From assembly GCA_018992685.1 (NCBI GenBank), contig JACVGT010000003.1:96001-160000 (forward strand): a stretch of 64,000 nucleotides of DNA, in the 5' to 3' direction. Each line of letters starts with the position of its first letter. Position 1 is the first letter of the stretch. The translations under genes and the position numbers were made by a program. Below, piece by piece: positions 10,333 to 19,449 of this stretch. The notes under the pieces are model-generated. The model saw only the letters and a list, made by a program, of their open reading frames with translations. It was not told the origin of the DNA and ran no database searches. Origin of the DNA: Theionarchaea archaeon (GTDB lineage: Archaea; Methanobacteriota_B; Thermococci; Methanofastidiosales; SZ-28-30).

Positions 10333-11409
10333 ATGACAAGAATTATCCAGACTGTTGAAGACGTTAATAGGAATACGTGGAACGCCCTTGTGGGCACAGA
10401 TAAAGTGGAGACAACGTATGATTGGTTTCTATTCTGCGAAGACGTGAAGCTATCTCCATCCCTTACCTTCTGTCATGCAGTATATACAGAAGACGACGAG
10501 ATAAAGGGCATCATGCCAGCTTACTCTTATCCCATCTATCTGTACAACTTCGTCCGAGAGTCAGGCGTGCGTCCTTTGGCACGGTTGTTCCCGAGGATGA
10601 AGACCAGGTTCAACATGTCCAAGGTACACATTCCTCTTTCGTGCGACTTTCGATTTTTCGGAAATATGTCCTATTTTCACGCCTGCCTAAAGGGAATAGA
10701 AGAGCACATCAGAATCAATAATCATTTCCTTCTCGTTCTTCAGGATTATAAGGAGTCACTCAGCCTCCCAGGATATGTAAAAACAAATGGGTGGCCAGAG
10801 GTATGCCTGGATCCCTATCCTTCATGGGAGAGATACCTTGAATCACAGAAAGGCAAGAGAGCAAAAAGCATTCGGTATGAATACAGAAAAAGTGTTGACT
10901 TAGGAACAAAGACTTTCATGACGGACGACATCGATCAGTACACAGACCTGCTCTATGACATGTATCTGAACGTATGCGATAGGAACGAAGGCATGATTAC
11001 ATATCCCGGAGATTTCTTCAGGAAAATGGAAGATCATCTCTCGCCGTATTCGAGGTGTATATTTGCAGAAGATGGCAACGACATTACAGCATACCTCTAT
11101 CTTCTGGAGAACGAGAACTGGATCTCGTGCAAGTATGCGGGGCGAACCTACGAGTCCGAGGACCCGTATGTGTACTTTCGACTGATGTACGAGATGATAA
11201 AGTACGCTGCCCGGAAAAAGAAGCCAATTTCGGCAGAAAAAGCAGCATACGAGGCAAAACTGAGGAGAGGATTTAGAATTGTGCCACGGTTCAACTATCA
11301 TCGCTCATACTACCCCGTTGTGGGAGATTTATACCTCAAAATGTATAAGACGATTGTTCAGTTCAAGAAAATAGAGAATCTGGAACTTCTGGAATCCCTT
11401 CAGGATTGA
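10333..11409 (+). CDS. FemAB-like double-GNAT transferase
   Basis: W..YL.....KRAKSIR.E, FF..M, YVYFRLMYEMIKYA, YEAKLRRG; paralog of 18214-19251. Confidence 0.75.
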   Translation: MTRIIQTVEDVNRNTWNALVGTDKVETTYDWFLFCEDVKLSPSLTFCHAVYTEDDEIKGIMPAYSYPIYLYNFVRESGVRPLARLFPRMKTRFNMSKVHIPLSCDFRFFGNMSYFHACLKGIEEHIRINNHFLLVLQDYKESLSLPGYVKTNGWPEVCLDPYPSWERYLESQKGKRAKSIRYEYRKSVDLGTKTFMTDDIDQYTDLLYDMYLNVCDRNEGMITYPGDFFRKMEDHLSPYSRCIFAEDGNDITAYLYLLENENWISCKYAGRTYESEDPYVYFRLMYEMIKYAARKKKPISAEKAAYEAKLRRGFRIVPRFNYHRSYYPVVGDLYLKMYKTIVQFKKIENLELLESLQD

Positions 11410-12860
11410 ATTTCTTCCCGGTCGAAAAGGAATTTACGCAGATCAATGATCTTGAACGCCACAATGCACAACGCGTAGAATCCCATGCCCAGTCCAATGC
11501 CCAGGAACATTCTCTGGTAAAATGCGACAGCAAAGGCCAATACACCTAGAGAGAGGCATCCCATCTTCAAGATGTCTGATTTCACCGGAGTATAGTACGC
11601 ATGGTTTCTCATCTTCATACTCAGATACACAAACTTCACAACCATTGAGGTCAGTGTGGCAAGTGCAGCTCCGGTTATTCCCATTTTCGGAATGAGATAT
11701 ATATTGAGGAGTACGTTCAAAATAAGAGCGAATACGGTAATGTACATGGGAATCCTTGGCTTGCCCATCCCCTGAAAAGTGACAGAGAATATTGAGCAGA
11801 ACGACATGAAGAACATTGCCAGGGAGAGCACCATCAATGCAGTGGATGCCACAACATATTCGACTCCAAAGAAAAGTTTGATCAATCCCTCAGCATACAC
11901 TACAAACAGAATAGTCAGGGGAAAGGTGGCACCAGACGTGTATTTTAAAGCATCACAGAGGTATGTGCCCACGTAGCCTTTTTCTCTGGCCATGTCTTCT
12001 GAGACTGCAGGGAGCAGGGGCAGAGCCACACTTGAGGCGACAGATGTCATGATTCGGGCAATGGGAACTGCTGCATTGTACAGCCCAGCATATGTAACTC
12101 CCAGAAAGTAGGTAATGCAGAAGATGTCAAAGCTCATCAGAATCATCATGGACACACTGGTAATGGTTTTGGGAATGGCAAAGTCAATGAGCTTTCCCAG
12201 GAGACGTACTGACTTTGATCCCCCGGTGAGTGTGAGTTCGCCCCTGAACTTCCTTCTGTAGAACAGGTATGCAGCTGCCAATCCTGAGATGTCACCCAAG
12301 AGGATTCCGAAGACTGCACCCTCAGCGCCCATACCAGAAGAAACCAGTACTATGGCAGCCGCCAGGACTACGAGGTTGTACACCAGGAGTGAATAGGTGT
12401 AGAAAGGAGATTCCTGGTATCCCAGAAATATTCCGTCAATGACTAACCACAGAGCTTCTACAGGCATGACCAGAACCACAATTCTAATGAGGATGCCCAG
12501 GTCAGGTTCGTGGAAAATGGTGTTGGCAATGAAACTGGCAGCCAGGAGGACGAGTACAGTAACAACCAGAGACAGAGGAAAAAGATAGTGCATGGCTGTG
12601 GCCAGATAATTCTGAGCAGTCTTCATGTTTTTCCTGGCTATCTCTTCAGAAAGGTACTTTGAGAGGGCTGCTGCAAATCCTGTGAGAGTAAAGGAAGCAG
12701 TGATGATGATAACAGGTTCTACTGCACTGATAAGTCCGTATCCTCTTACATCCAGCATACGGGCCATGCTGATCTTGTAGAAGTATCGCACGAACCCAAT
12801 GGCAAACATAGCCATGAAGACATTAAAGGTATGGCGGGCCAGTCTGTTACTTCGATCCAT
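11400..12860 (-). CDS. Wzx/MurJ (MOP superfamily) flippase
   Basis: ARML..GYG, GLYNAA, LLPAVS, LIPKMGITGAALAT; many TM helices; ATG 12860 with GGAG RBS preferred over 12914. Confidence 0.9.
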   Translation of the reverse strand: MDRSNRLARHTFNVFMAMFAIGFVRYFYKISMARMLDVRGYGLISAVEPVIIITASFTLTGFAAALSKYLSEEIARKNMKTAQNYLATAMHYLFPLSLVVTVLVLLAASFIANTIFHEPDLGILIRIVVLVMPVEALWLVIDGIFLGYQESPFYTYSLLVYNLVVLAAAIVLVSSGMGAEGAVFGILLGDISGLAAAYLFYRRKFRGELTLTGGSKSVRLLGKLIDFAIPKTITSVSMMILMSFDIFCITYFLGVTYAGLYNAAVPIARIMTSVASSVALPLLPAVSEDMAREKGYVGTYLCDALKYTSGATFPLTILFVVYAEGLIKLFFGVEYVVASTALMVLSLAMFFMSFCSIFSVTFQGMGKPRIPMYITVFALILNVLLNIYLIPKMGITGAALATLTSMVVKFVYLSMKMRNHAYYTPVKSDILKMGCLSLGVLAFAVAFYQRMFLGIGLGMGFYALCIVAFKIIDLRKFLFDREEIQS

Positions 12861-13083
12861 GGAGAACTCCTCGGCAGTTAACGATATGACGTCGTGATAC
12901 GCTACCCGAAGCACCCTTTTAATAGTTTGTGTTGAGGAGGAGAGGGAATCCCTTGGTGTGACATTTCATTGTGACAGTGTCCAGGAGACAGGAAGGGAAC
13001 GAATGGTGCCCTCGCCACAGATATTTTTCTTGCTGTAGAGGGAGGTTCTTTGGCTGTCGATAGTAAATGATTCCTGTTCGTGG

Positions 13084-14367
13084 CTATTTTCTGGGTTTGT
13101 GCGCAAGATCAACCTTCACGTGAGAGACTACTGTTCTGAACTTCCCTCTGCCAGTTTCAGGGATGTGATCCACCCGCTCAAATTCCACCGTCACATCTGA
13201 ACCCACAGCACATTTGACATTGGTCACGAGCAGATTCTCCAATTCTACCGTAAATGAAGGGTGAGGTATCACCTGTACGGTTATGTGCTCGCAGGTATTC
13301 TGAGTTACCCTGAACTGCTTGATATGAGGAATAGAAAAGAAATGCGCAATGAGGCGAGTGGGAGGTATCAATTCTCCAGAAGGCGAAACAATAAAATCGT
13401 CGCACCTCCCTTCAATATCCTTGAGAACAGGTAGTGTTCTGCCGCACTGGCAGGGCTCGTCAGAAGGGATTCCAATGTCCTGTAACCGATATCTGATGAA
13501 TGGCATGGCTCTATTCCACAAGTTTGTAACAACGATCTCACCTCGCTCTCCTGGAGCCACAGCCTCTCCATCTCTCAGGAATTCTACAATTCCCCCATCT
13601 ACGTCAATGTGCATGGAATGGTGTTTACATTCCCAGGCGATTGAGATCATTTCATATGCGCCATACTTATTATAGGTGGGGCAGTTGAAGATTCTTTCTA
13701 TGTAGGCTCTATGCCAGGGCAGTGAGAGTTCTCCTCCCAAGAGTATCATTCTTGGGTTACTTCTCACACGAGATCTTTCTGCTGCGTGAGCAAGAGCCAC
13801 CATAGCAGATGGATGCCCAGCCAGTATGTACGGACGCTCTTTTTCTATTTCCTTGACAAGTTCTGTATCAGATCGCCCTTCCATGATACCCTGGGTTCTC
13901 AGAAACGACATGTTCTCGTAAAGTTCATACTCTTCTGGGTCTCTGCAAAGGATACAGAACTTATGCCAAGGCCTCACTCCCTGGGCCAGGTGGCTTCGCA
14001 ATGATACTGCTCGCATCCTGCTGACTGCATATGGATCATGCAAGACTCTGAGCACGCTCCCTGATGCCCCCGAAGTCAACTCCACTGAACAATTCTCTTC
14101 AGAAAACCCTGCAGCTACACTTCTCACAGGATACCCCTCCTTGATTTCTGCCTTGGACGTGAAGGGGATCTTCTTCAGGTCGTCCAGCGTCTTGATGTCC
14201 CATGGGTTGATGCCTGCATTTCTAAATTTCTCTTTGTAAAGCAGGGTATTTCTGTATGCAAACCTCACGATATATCTCATTCGTTTTTCCTGGAATCTTT
14301 TCACGTATTCTGGAGAAGCATATTGTGTTTTGTATGCTACAGGAACGTATGCAAATGCTTTCCACAT
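13084..14367 (-). CDS. PaaK/CapK/F390-synthetase-like adenylate-forming enzyme 1
   Basis: TSGASG, YGAYE, PFIRYRLQD, CQCGR, IEGRCDD, GKFR; GAGGTGA RBS before ATG 14367. Confidence 0.9.
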   Translation of the reverse strand: MWKAFAYVPVAYKTQYASPEYVKRFQEKRMRYIVRFAYRNTLLYKEKFRNAGINPWDIKTLDDLKKIPFTSKAEIKEGYPVRSVAAGFSEENCSVELTSGASGSVLRVLHDPYAVSRMRAVSLRSHLAQGVRPWHKFCILCRDPEEYELYENMSFLRTQGIMEGRSDTELVKEIEKERPYILAGHPSAMVALAHAAERSRVRSNPRMILLGGELSLPWHRAYIERIFNCPTYNKYGAYEMISIAWECKHHSMHIDVDGGIVEFLRDGEAVAPGERGEIVVTNLWNRAMPFIRYRLQDIGIPSDEPCQCGRTLPVLKDIEGRCDDFIVSPSGELIPPTRLIAHFFSIPHIKQFRVTQNTCEHITVQVIPHPSFTVELENLLVTNVKCAVGSDVTVEFERVDHIPETGRGKFRTVVSHVKVDLAHKPRK

Positions 14368-14648
14368 GAATTCACCTCTGACAAGACTCAGCAGCATTAG
14401 AGCGGAAAGAACTTCTAAAGTTCCTGGTTTGACCGCAATAGCAACTGCTCCAATGACTACTTCTACCTGTAGAAGATCTTAATAAGCTTTTCTTCAGCAT
14501 CCTGCAAGGAGATACTGACGTCTCCTGGGACCATTGGCATACCTGTTCTAAAATCTGTGCATAACCTCTTCAGGGGTATACTTGATGTGTGGTCTGAACC
14601 CATTGGATGGTGGCACAACCTTTATTAGTAATATCCTAAATTTTTCAT

Positions 14649-15908
14649 ATGCTGCTCGAAACAGCTCGTCTCTTGTGGAAGATCCGAAATGAACAATGGC
14701 TTTCTCCTGAGATATTGGATGACATTCGACAAAAGAGACTGAGAGAAATAGTTCATCATGCGTACAACAATACTCGGTTCTACAGGGACTTGTTCACCAA
14801 GAATGGTATTGCCCCTTCAGACATCAAAACCAAAGAGGACTTGACTCTTCTTCCACCCACTACCAAGAGTGATCTTCAGGACAGGTTCCAAGACCTGGTG
14901 GCTGTCGGGTATTCTCCTGAGAACTGTTACGTGTACCACACGTCAGGGTCCACCGGTACCCCTGCTACCATGTTGTATGATTCCTTTGCCAAAGCCTACA
15001 CAGGGGCTGAAGACTACGTTTTCATGTTTGACGTGGGGTACAAGCCCTGGGAGAAGATTGCCTACACCAAGAGAACGCCCTGGACGTCCCATCCCTTACA
15101 GGCTCTTGGAATCATGCGGGCCTGCCACATATTGTCCTCTCTTCCTGAGGAAGAACAGGCGCGTCTCCTCCAGAAAGTGAATCCTTCACTCGTCGTTTCC
15201 TATCCCCTTCTTCTCCATTCCATTGCCAGGGCTGCTCGCAATGAGGGCTGCAACATCCATCCGAAGGCCGCAATCGTCGGTGGGGAACTCCTCACCCCAC
15301 AGGTACGCGCTTTCATTGAAGAGGTTCTCTCTACCTCAATCTTCGAGACCTATGCTACGGTAGAATTCGCCACCATAGCCAAGGAATGTTCTCTCCACAA
15401 CTGGCACATACACAGTACCCGCTGCCTGGTTGAATTCGTGGACGGAAGAATACTAGTTAGCGGGCTTATCAACAAAGCCCTTCCATTACTGCGTTATGAG
15501 ATTGGAGATAGAGGAGCACCTAAAGAAGGGGTCTGCCCCTGCGGAAGGGGGTACCCCATGATGCAGATTCTTGAAGGACGATCTGGAGATCTCTTCATTC
15601 TTCCCAATGGGAGGGAAATCCCTCCGCTCCGCGTGTTCAAGACACGGCTGATACTGGACAGCAATGAGGCGGCCAAAAGGTATCAGATAATCCAGGAGGA
15701 TTATGACCATTTCACCATTCGCGTGGTTCCCACTCCAGCTTTCACGGATGTCATAGCCCAGCAACTGAAAGCACAATTAGTAGAAGACCTGCAGTATCCT
15801 GCGACTGTGGACATTGAGGAGGTAGACACCATACCCCTGATTGATGACCGCAAGTTGAGGGTCAATATCTCTCGCGTCAGGAAGAAGTGCTGTGAAGATT
15901 CCGGATAG
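14649..15908 (+). CDS. PaaK/CapK/F390-synthetase-like adenylate-forming enzyme 2
   Basis: TSGSTG, YATVE, LRYEIGD, CPCGR, LEGRSGD, RKLR. Confidence 0.9.
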   Translation: MLLETARLLWKIRNEQWLSPEILDDIRQKRLREIVHHAYNNTRFYRDLFTKNGIAPSDIKTKEDLTLLPPTTKSDLQDRFQDLVAVGYSPENCYVYHTSGSTGTPATMLYDSFAKAYTGAEDYVFMFDVGYKPWEKIAYTKRTPWTSHPLQALGIMRACHILSSLPEEEQARLLQKVNPSLVVSYPLLLHSIARAARNEGCNIHPKAAIVGGELLTPQVRAFIEEVLSTSIFETYATVEFATIAKECSLHNWHIHSTRCLVEFVDGRILVSGLINKALPLLRYEIGDRGAPKEGVCPCGRGYPMMQILEGRSGDLFILPNGREIPPLRVFKTRLILDSNEAAKRYQIIQEDYDHFTIRVVPTPAFTDVIAQQLKAQLVEDLQYPATVDIEEVDTIPLIDDRKLRVNISRVRKKCCEDSG

Positions 15909-16028
15909 CTGCAGCTGTGGATCAGGGAACAAAGTGACTCAAAAAGACACCGATTGATGCGAGTGTGAGAAGATGAGAGACATTCATGAGAGGACTACAC
16001 TTATAAGGAACAAAAAGAAGGGAATCAA

Positions 16029-17285
16029 ATGCTAGTCCAGACACTGTCTTGTCTGCCACAGGTTCTAGCCAGGGAGTGGAAGACCACAGCTTCTATTCAG
16101 AGATATTCACTGGCTGAGATGCGCTCTCTATTACGAGAGGTATTTCGCACCAATCCATTCTACAAGACAAAACTGGAGAATCTCAATATTGAGAAAATAC
16201 GATCAATCGAAGATCTGTCTGCTATCCCTTTTACCACAAAGGGTGAGTTGCGGAAAGCATTTCCTGGTGCCATTTCTGAAGGGTACACTCCCGAGAAATG
16301 TGTCCATGAATCAACCTCAGGTTCGACAGGTGATGTGCTGAGCATCTATCATGATCCCTTCGCCTGCAGTTACTATGACGCGATATCTCTCAGGGAGTAC
16401 ATCGGACTACACATGTGGCCCTGGTACAAAATGTCGTACATCAGATTCGAGCCTCAACCCAGGAGGGCCTTCGAGCAGATAGGTCTCCTCCGCAAGTACT
16501 ACATCCCTGTTACTGCCTCTGCAGAAGAACAGCTTCGCCTGGCGCAGAGTCACAATCCACAGGTTATTAGCGGGTACCCTTCCTCACTATATGAAATAGC
16601 CCGTATTTACAGGGAGGATTCAGTCTCTTGGGATTTGAAAATGATCCTGTCGAACTCTGAACTGCTTACCGATTCCATGAGGGAGTACATGGAATCTGCG
16701 TTCGGCTGCCCTGTCTACAACGACTACTCTTCCTTTGAACTGCATAACATAGCGGCTGAATGCCCCTTTAAAAGCTTGCACATACATGTTGACAATAACA
16801 TTGTAGAAATCATCAGAGAAGGAGAACAGGCAGCTCCAGGAGAGACTGGTGAGATAGTGGTCACCAACATTAGAAACAGGGCCATGCCCTTCATACGGTA
16901 CCGGACAGGTGACTATGGAGCACTCGATGAAGAACCCTGCCCCTGCGGGAGAGGACTACCAGTTCTCAAGAGTATTGAAGGACGGAAAGACGAGTATCTG
17001 ATCTTGCCATCAGGGGGCCACGTTTCTCCCCGCGTATTTGATCCACTGGATTCAATCTTTCACCAGTACGTTTCCAAGTTCCAGATTATTCAAGAGCGGA
17101 AAGACAGATTTCTGATAAAGGTGGTCAGGGAAGGGAATTACCATGATGGCGTGACAGACATGCTTGTCAAGGAGGCTAAGAGGTGTTTTCCGCAGCCAAT
17201 AGAGGTGGAGGTCATACCAGTGGAAGATATTTCCAGAACTGGAAGGGGAAAGCTCCGTGCAGTCTTGTGCGAGGTGGCCTCATGA
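16029..17285 (+). CDS. PaaK/CapK/F390-synthetase-like adenylate-forming enzyme 3
   Basis: TSGSTG, YSSFE, IRYRTGD, CPCGR, IEGRKDE, GKLR. Confidence 0.9.
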   Translation: MLVQTLSCLPQVLAREWKTTASIQRYSLAEMRSLLREVFRTNPFYKTKLENLNIEKIRSIEDLSAIPFTTKGELRKAFPGAISEGYTPEKCVHESTSGSTGDVLSIYHDPFACSYYDAISLREYIGLHMWPWYKMSYIRFEPQPRRAFEQIGLLRKYYIPVTASAEEQLRLAQSHNPQVISGYPSSLYEIARIYREDSVSWDLKMILSNSELLTDSMREYMESAFGCPVYNDYSSFELHNIAAECPFKSLHIHVDNNIVEIIREGEQAAPGETGEIVVTNIRNRAMPFIRYRTGDYGALDEEPCPCGRGLPVLKSIEGRKDEYLILPSGGHVSPRVFDPLDSIFHQYVSKFQIIQERKDRFLIKVVREGNYHDGVTDMLVKEAKRCFPQPIEVEVIPVEDISRTGRGKLRAVLCEVAS

Positions 17286-18217
17286 TCCGGAGGCTTCGCA
17301 TCTCTGATACTGATCAGTTTGTGGAGATTTTGAACAGTGCCTTTGGCAGGGAGCTCCATCACATTGGAGGACAATATGGAGCCACCAAGAGGAAAATGAT
17401 GGTTCAGTATCTGGGAATTCGAATGCTGCAGAGACTGTTTGGAGATGTCAGGGATCTGCAGGACATATTTGCGTACTATGATGGGCGCACTGTGCTGGGT
17501 ATCACTCAAATGGTCCTCATGAACGCGCACAAGAATCACTGGTATTCTGAGATGACTGCAGTCAGGGAAAACCTCCAGAAGAAGGGAGTGGGCACAGCTC
17601 TGAAGCAATTCACCATAGAGTATTACACAGGGAAGGCACGACGGTTTTTTGGGAATTTGAGGGAAGAAAACGTGGCTTCATTGAAAACTAACGCTCGGGT
17701 GGGGTATGTCCCATATGTGAGGGATATTCTGTTCAAGAGAGAACCTTCCAGAAAAGGTGAGAGGAGACATATTGAAGGCTTCAGACACTTTAAAGGAGAT
17801 GAGAAAGGAGTATTCGATCTGTATATGAGAACCACTCCTCCAGACATTAGAGAACTGGAGGACAAAGTCCTCGATGACTTCGGTCTGGGGGCAGTGATGA
17901 AGGTACTGGCTCTTCTGGGCGCGGTCACAGGCGTAGGAGATAATCGGTACGTCATTGAACGTGATGGCAGAATCTGTGCCTACTTTTCCTTTGAAAAGCT
18001 GTGGTCAACCTACGAGAATGTTGAGCTCATGGTGGACCCTACATGCCCTGAAGGCCCGGACATGGTAAAGGATGTTGTCCTGGCAGTGTCACCCTCAAGT
18101 CACTTGGTCTGTTTTGTCCCCGAATACCGGGCAATTGAGAAGCAGGGGCTGATCAAGGCCGGGTTTGAGGAAGAAGAGCCATATCTGAGAATTGTGCGAG
18201 TTTTTCAAGGTGGGTGA
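17282..18217 (+). CDS. Tandem GNAT acyltransferase
   Basis: AVRENLQKKGVGTAL acyl-CoA-binding motif A, N..S motif B; ATG 17282 overlaps upstream stop and has GAGGTG RBS. Confidence 0.85.
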   Translation: MIRRLRISDTDQFVEILNSAFGRELHHIGGQYGATKRKMMVQYLGIRMLQRLFGDVRDLQDIFAYYDGRTVLGITQMVLMNAHKNHWYSEMTAVRENLQKKGVGTALKQFTIEYYTGKARRFFGNLREENVASLKTNARVGYVPYVRDILFKREPSRKGERRHIEGFRHFKGDEKGVFDLYMRTTPPDIRELEDKVLDDFGLGAVMKVLALLGAVTGVGDNRYVIERDGRICAYFSFEKLWSTYENVELMVDPTCPEGPDMVKDVVLAVSPSSHLVCFVPEYRAIEKQGLIKAGFEEEEPYLRIVRVFQGG

Positions 18218-19251
18218 GGTTAATGAATGAGGAATCAGAGGTATCTGTACACAGGACTGTCCGTGATTTCACTGAGAAAGAGTGGAACAGGGTGGCGGGC
18301 AGTATGTTTCCTGAACGTTGCCATGGCTGGTATCGGGCTGTCGAAGATTCCCGGATGCGGGACTTGTACTATGTGGCGTTCAGGGAAAAGCGTACCCTGG
18401 CTGCAGCCCTTGGCTGCTATCCTTTTGTTGAGAAGCAATTCGGGATTAGTGTTCCCTTTCTTGAGGTGGGATGTCCTCTCGGCACAGCATCATCATTCTT
18501 CCCTCAGAACCCCGAGCATATTCCACCCCTTTTGAGAGGGATAGAACAGATCAGGAAACAGGAGAAGATCAGAGGAACACTGATTTTTGATCTCAAACAG
18601 GAAGAAGCTGATTTTGTCAAGGAAGGTCTTAAGGGATTCTCACTGTTCCGTGCACTGGAGAGAACGTACATTGATCTCGATTTCTCTGATTTTGACGACT
18701 ACCTGGATTCCCTCGATTCGAGTGACAGGAGGAGTATCAGGAAGACTCTCAATAGGGCTGAGAAGCGGTGGAAAATAAACCACGTTCTCACAGGCGAACT
18801 GTCAAAATGGGGGCACACTGCTCACCAGTTGCAGGGGTATCTGTGCGGAGAGCACCGTGACTTCCGTATGCATCTCAGTGAGCAGTTCTATGAAGCTCTG
18901 GAGACGAACATGAAGGGCTCAGCAGAACTGACTGTGTTCCTGAAAGACGACATACCTCTGGCCACTGGGCTGGTGCTTAACTCTCAAGAAGCAGCTGTCC
19001 ACAAGTTCCCGGGAATAGATCCTCAATACAGACAGTATCAGGCTTATTTTCTGCTGTACTACGAGGGGATCAGAACAGCCATTGAACGGAAGCAAAAAAG
19101 AATCTATTTCGGCACGACTACCTATGGTTTCAAGGAAAAGATAGGCTGCGGAAGAGAACCGCTGCTGGGGTTTGTCAAGTTCATGAATCCAGTGACCACT
19201 CGTTTGTTGGGACACTATCTTGCCTGGAGATCATCGCAAATGAATCGGTAG
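18214..19251 (+). CDS. FemAB-like double-GNAT transferase
   Basis: FDDYLDSL....RRSIRK, YFLLYYEGI..AI....RIYFG.TTYGFK..IG; GTGA overlap with upstream gene. Confidence 0.8.
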   Translation: MRLMNEESEVSVHRTVRDFTEKEWNRVAGSMFPERCHGWYRAVEDSRMRDLYYVAFREKRTLAAALGCYPFVEKQFGISVPFLEVGCPLGTASSFFPQNPEHIPPLLRGIEQIRKQEKIRGTLIFDLKQEEADFVKEGLKGFSLFRALERTYIDLDFSDFDDYLDSLDSSDRRSIRKTLNRAEKRWKINHVLTGELSKWGHTAHQLQGYLCGEHRDFRMHLSEQFYEALETNMKGSAELTVFLKDDIPLATGLVLNSQEAAVHKFPGIDPQYRQYQAYFLLYYEGIRTAIERKQKRIYFGTTTYGFKEKIGCGREPLLGFVKFMNPVTTRLLGHYLAWRSSQMNR

Positions 19252-19449
19252 CTCAGATTGTCGTTCTCAAGGAAAAGAAGAGAAAGACGAGAACCTGGGT
19301 TTCATTTGTCCTATTTGAGTGCGGGGACCAAATTGAAGCCAGAAGGATCAGAACACAGCTGCAAAGATGCAGAGTATCATTCCTATGCTCTCTGAGGTAA
19401 TTTGACGCCCTCCGGTAATATTATAAAGGTAACCTGCAAAGAACCCTCG

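Noticed and set aside
9981-10358. 125-aa ORF bridging the wHTH and GNAT genes
   Set aside because: Overlaps both genes, has no motif or RBS, and contains the probable GNAT promoter
13084-17285. Phenylacetate catabolism or NRPS cluster
   Set aside because: No paa, IOR or ACT partner genes and no carrier or condensation domains visible
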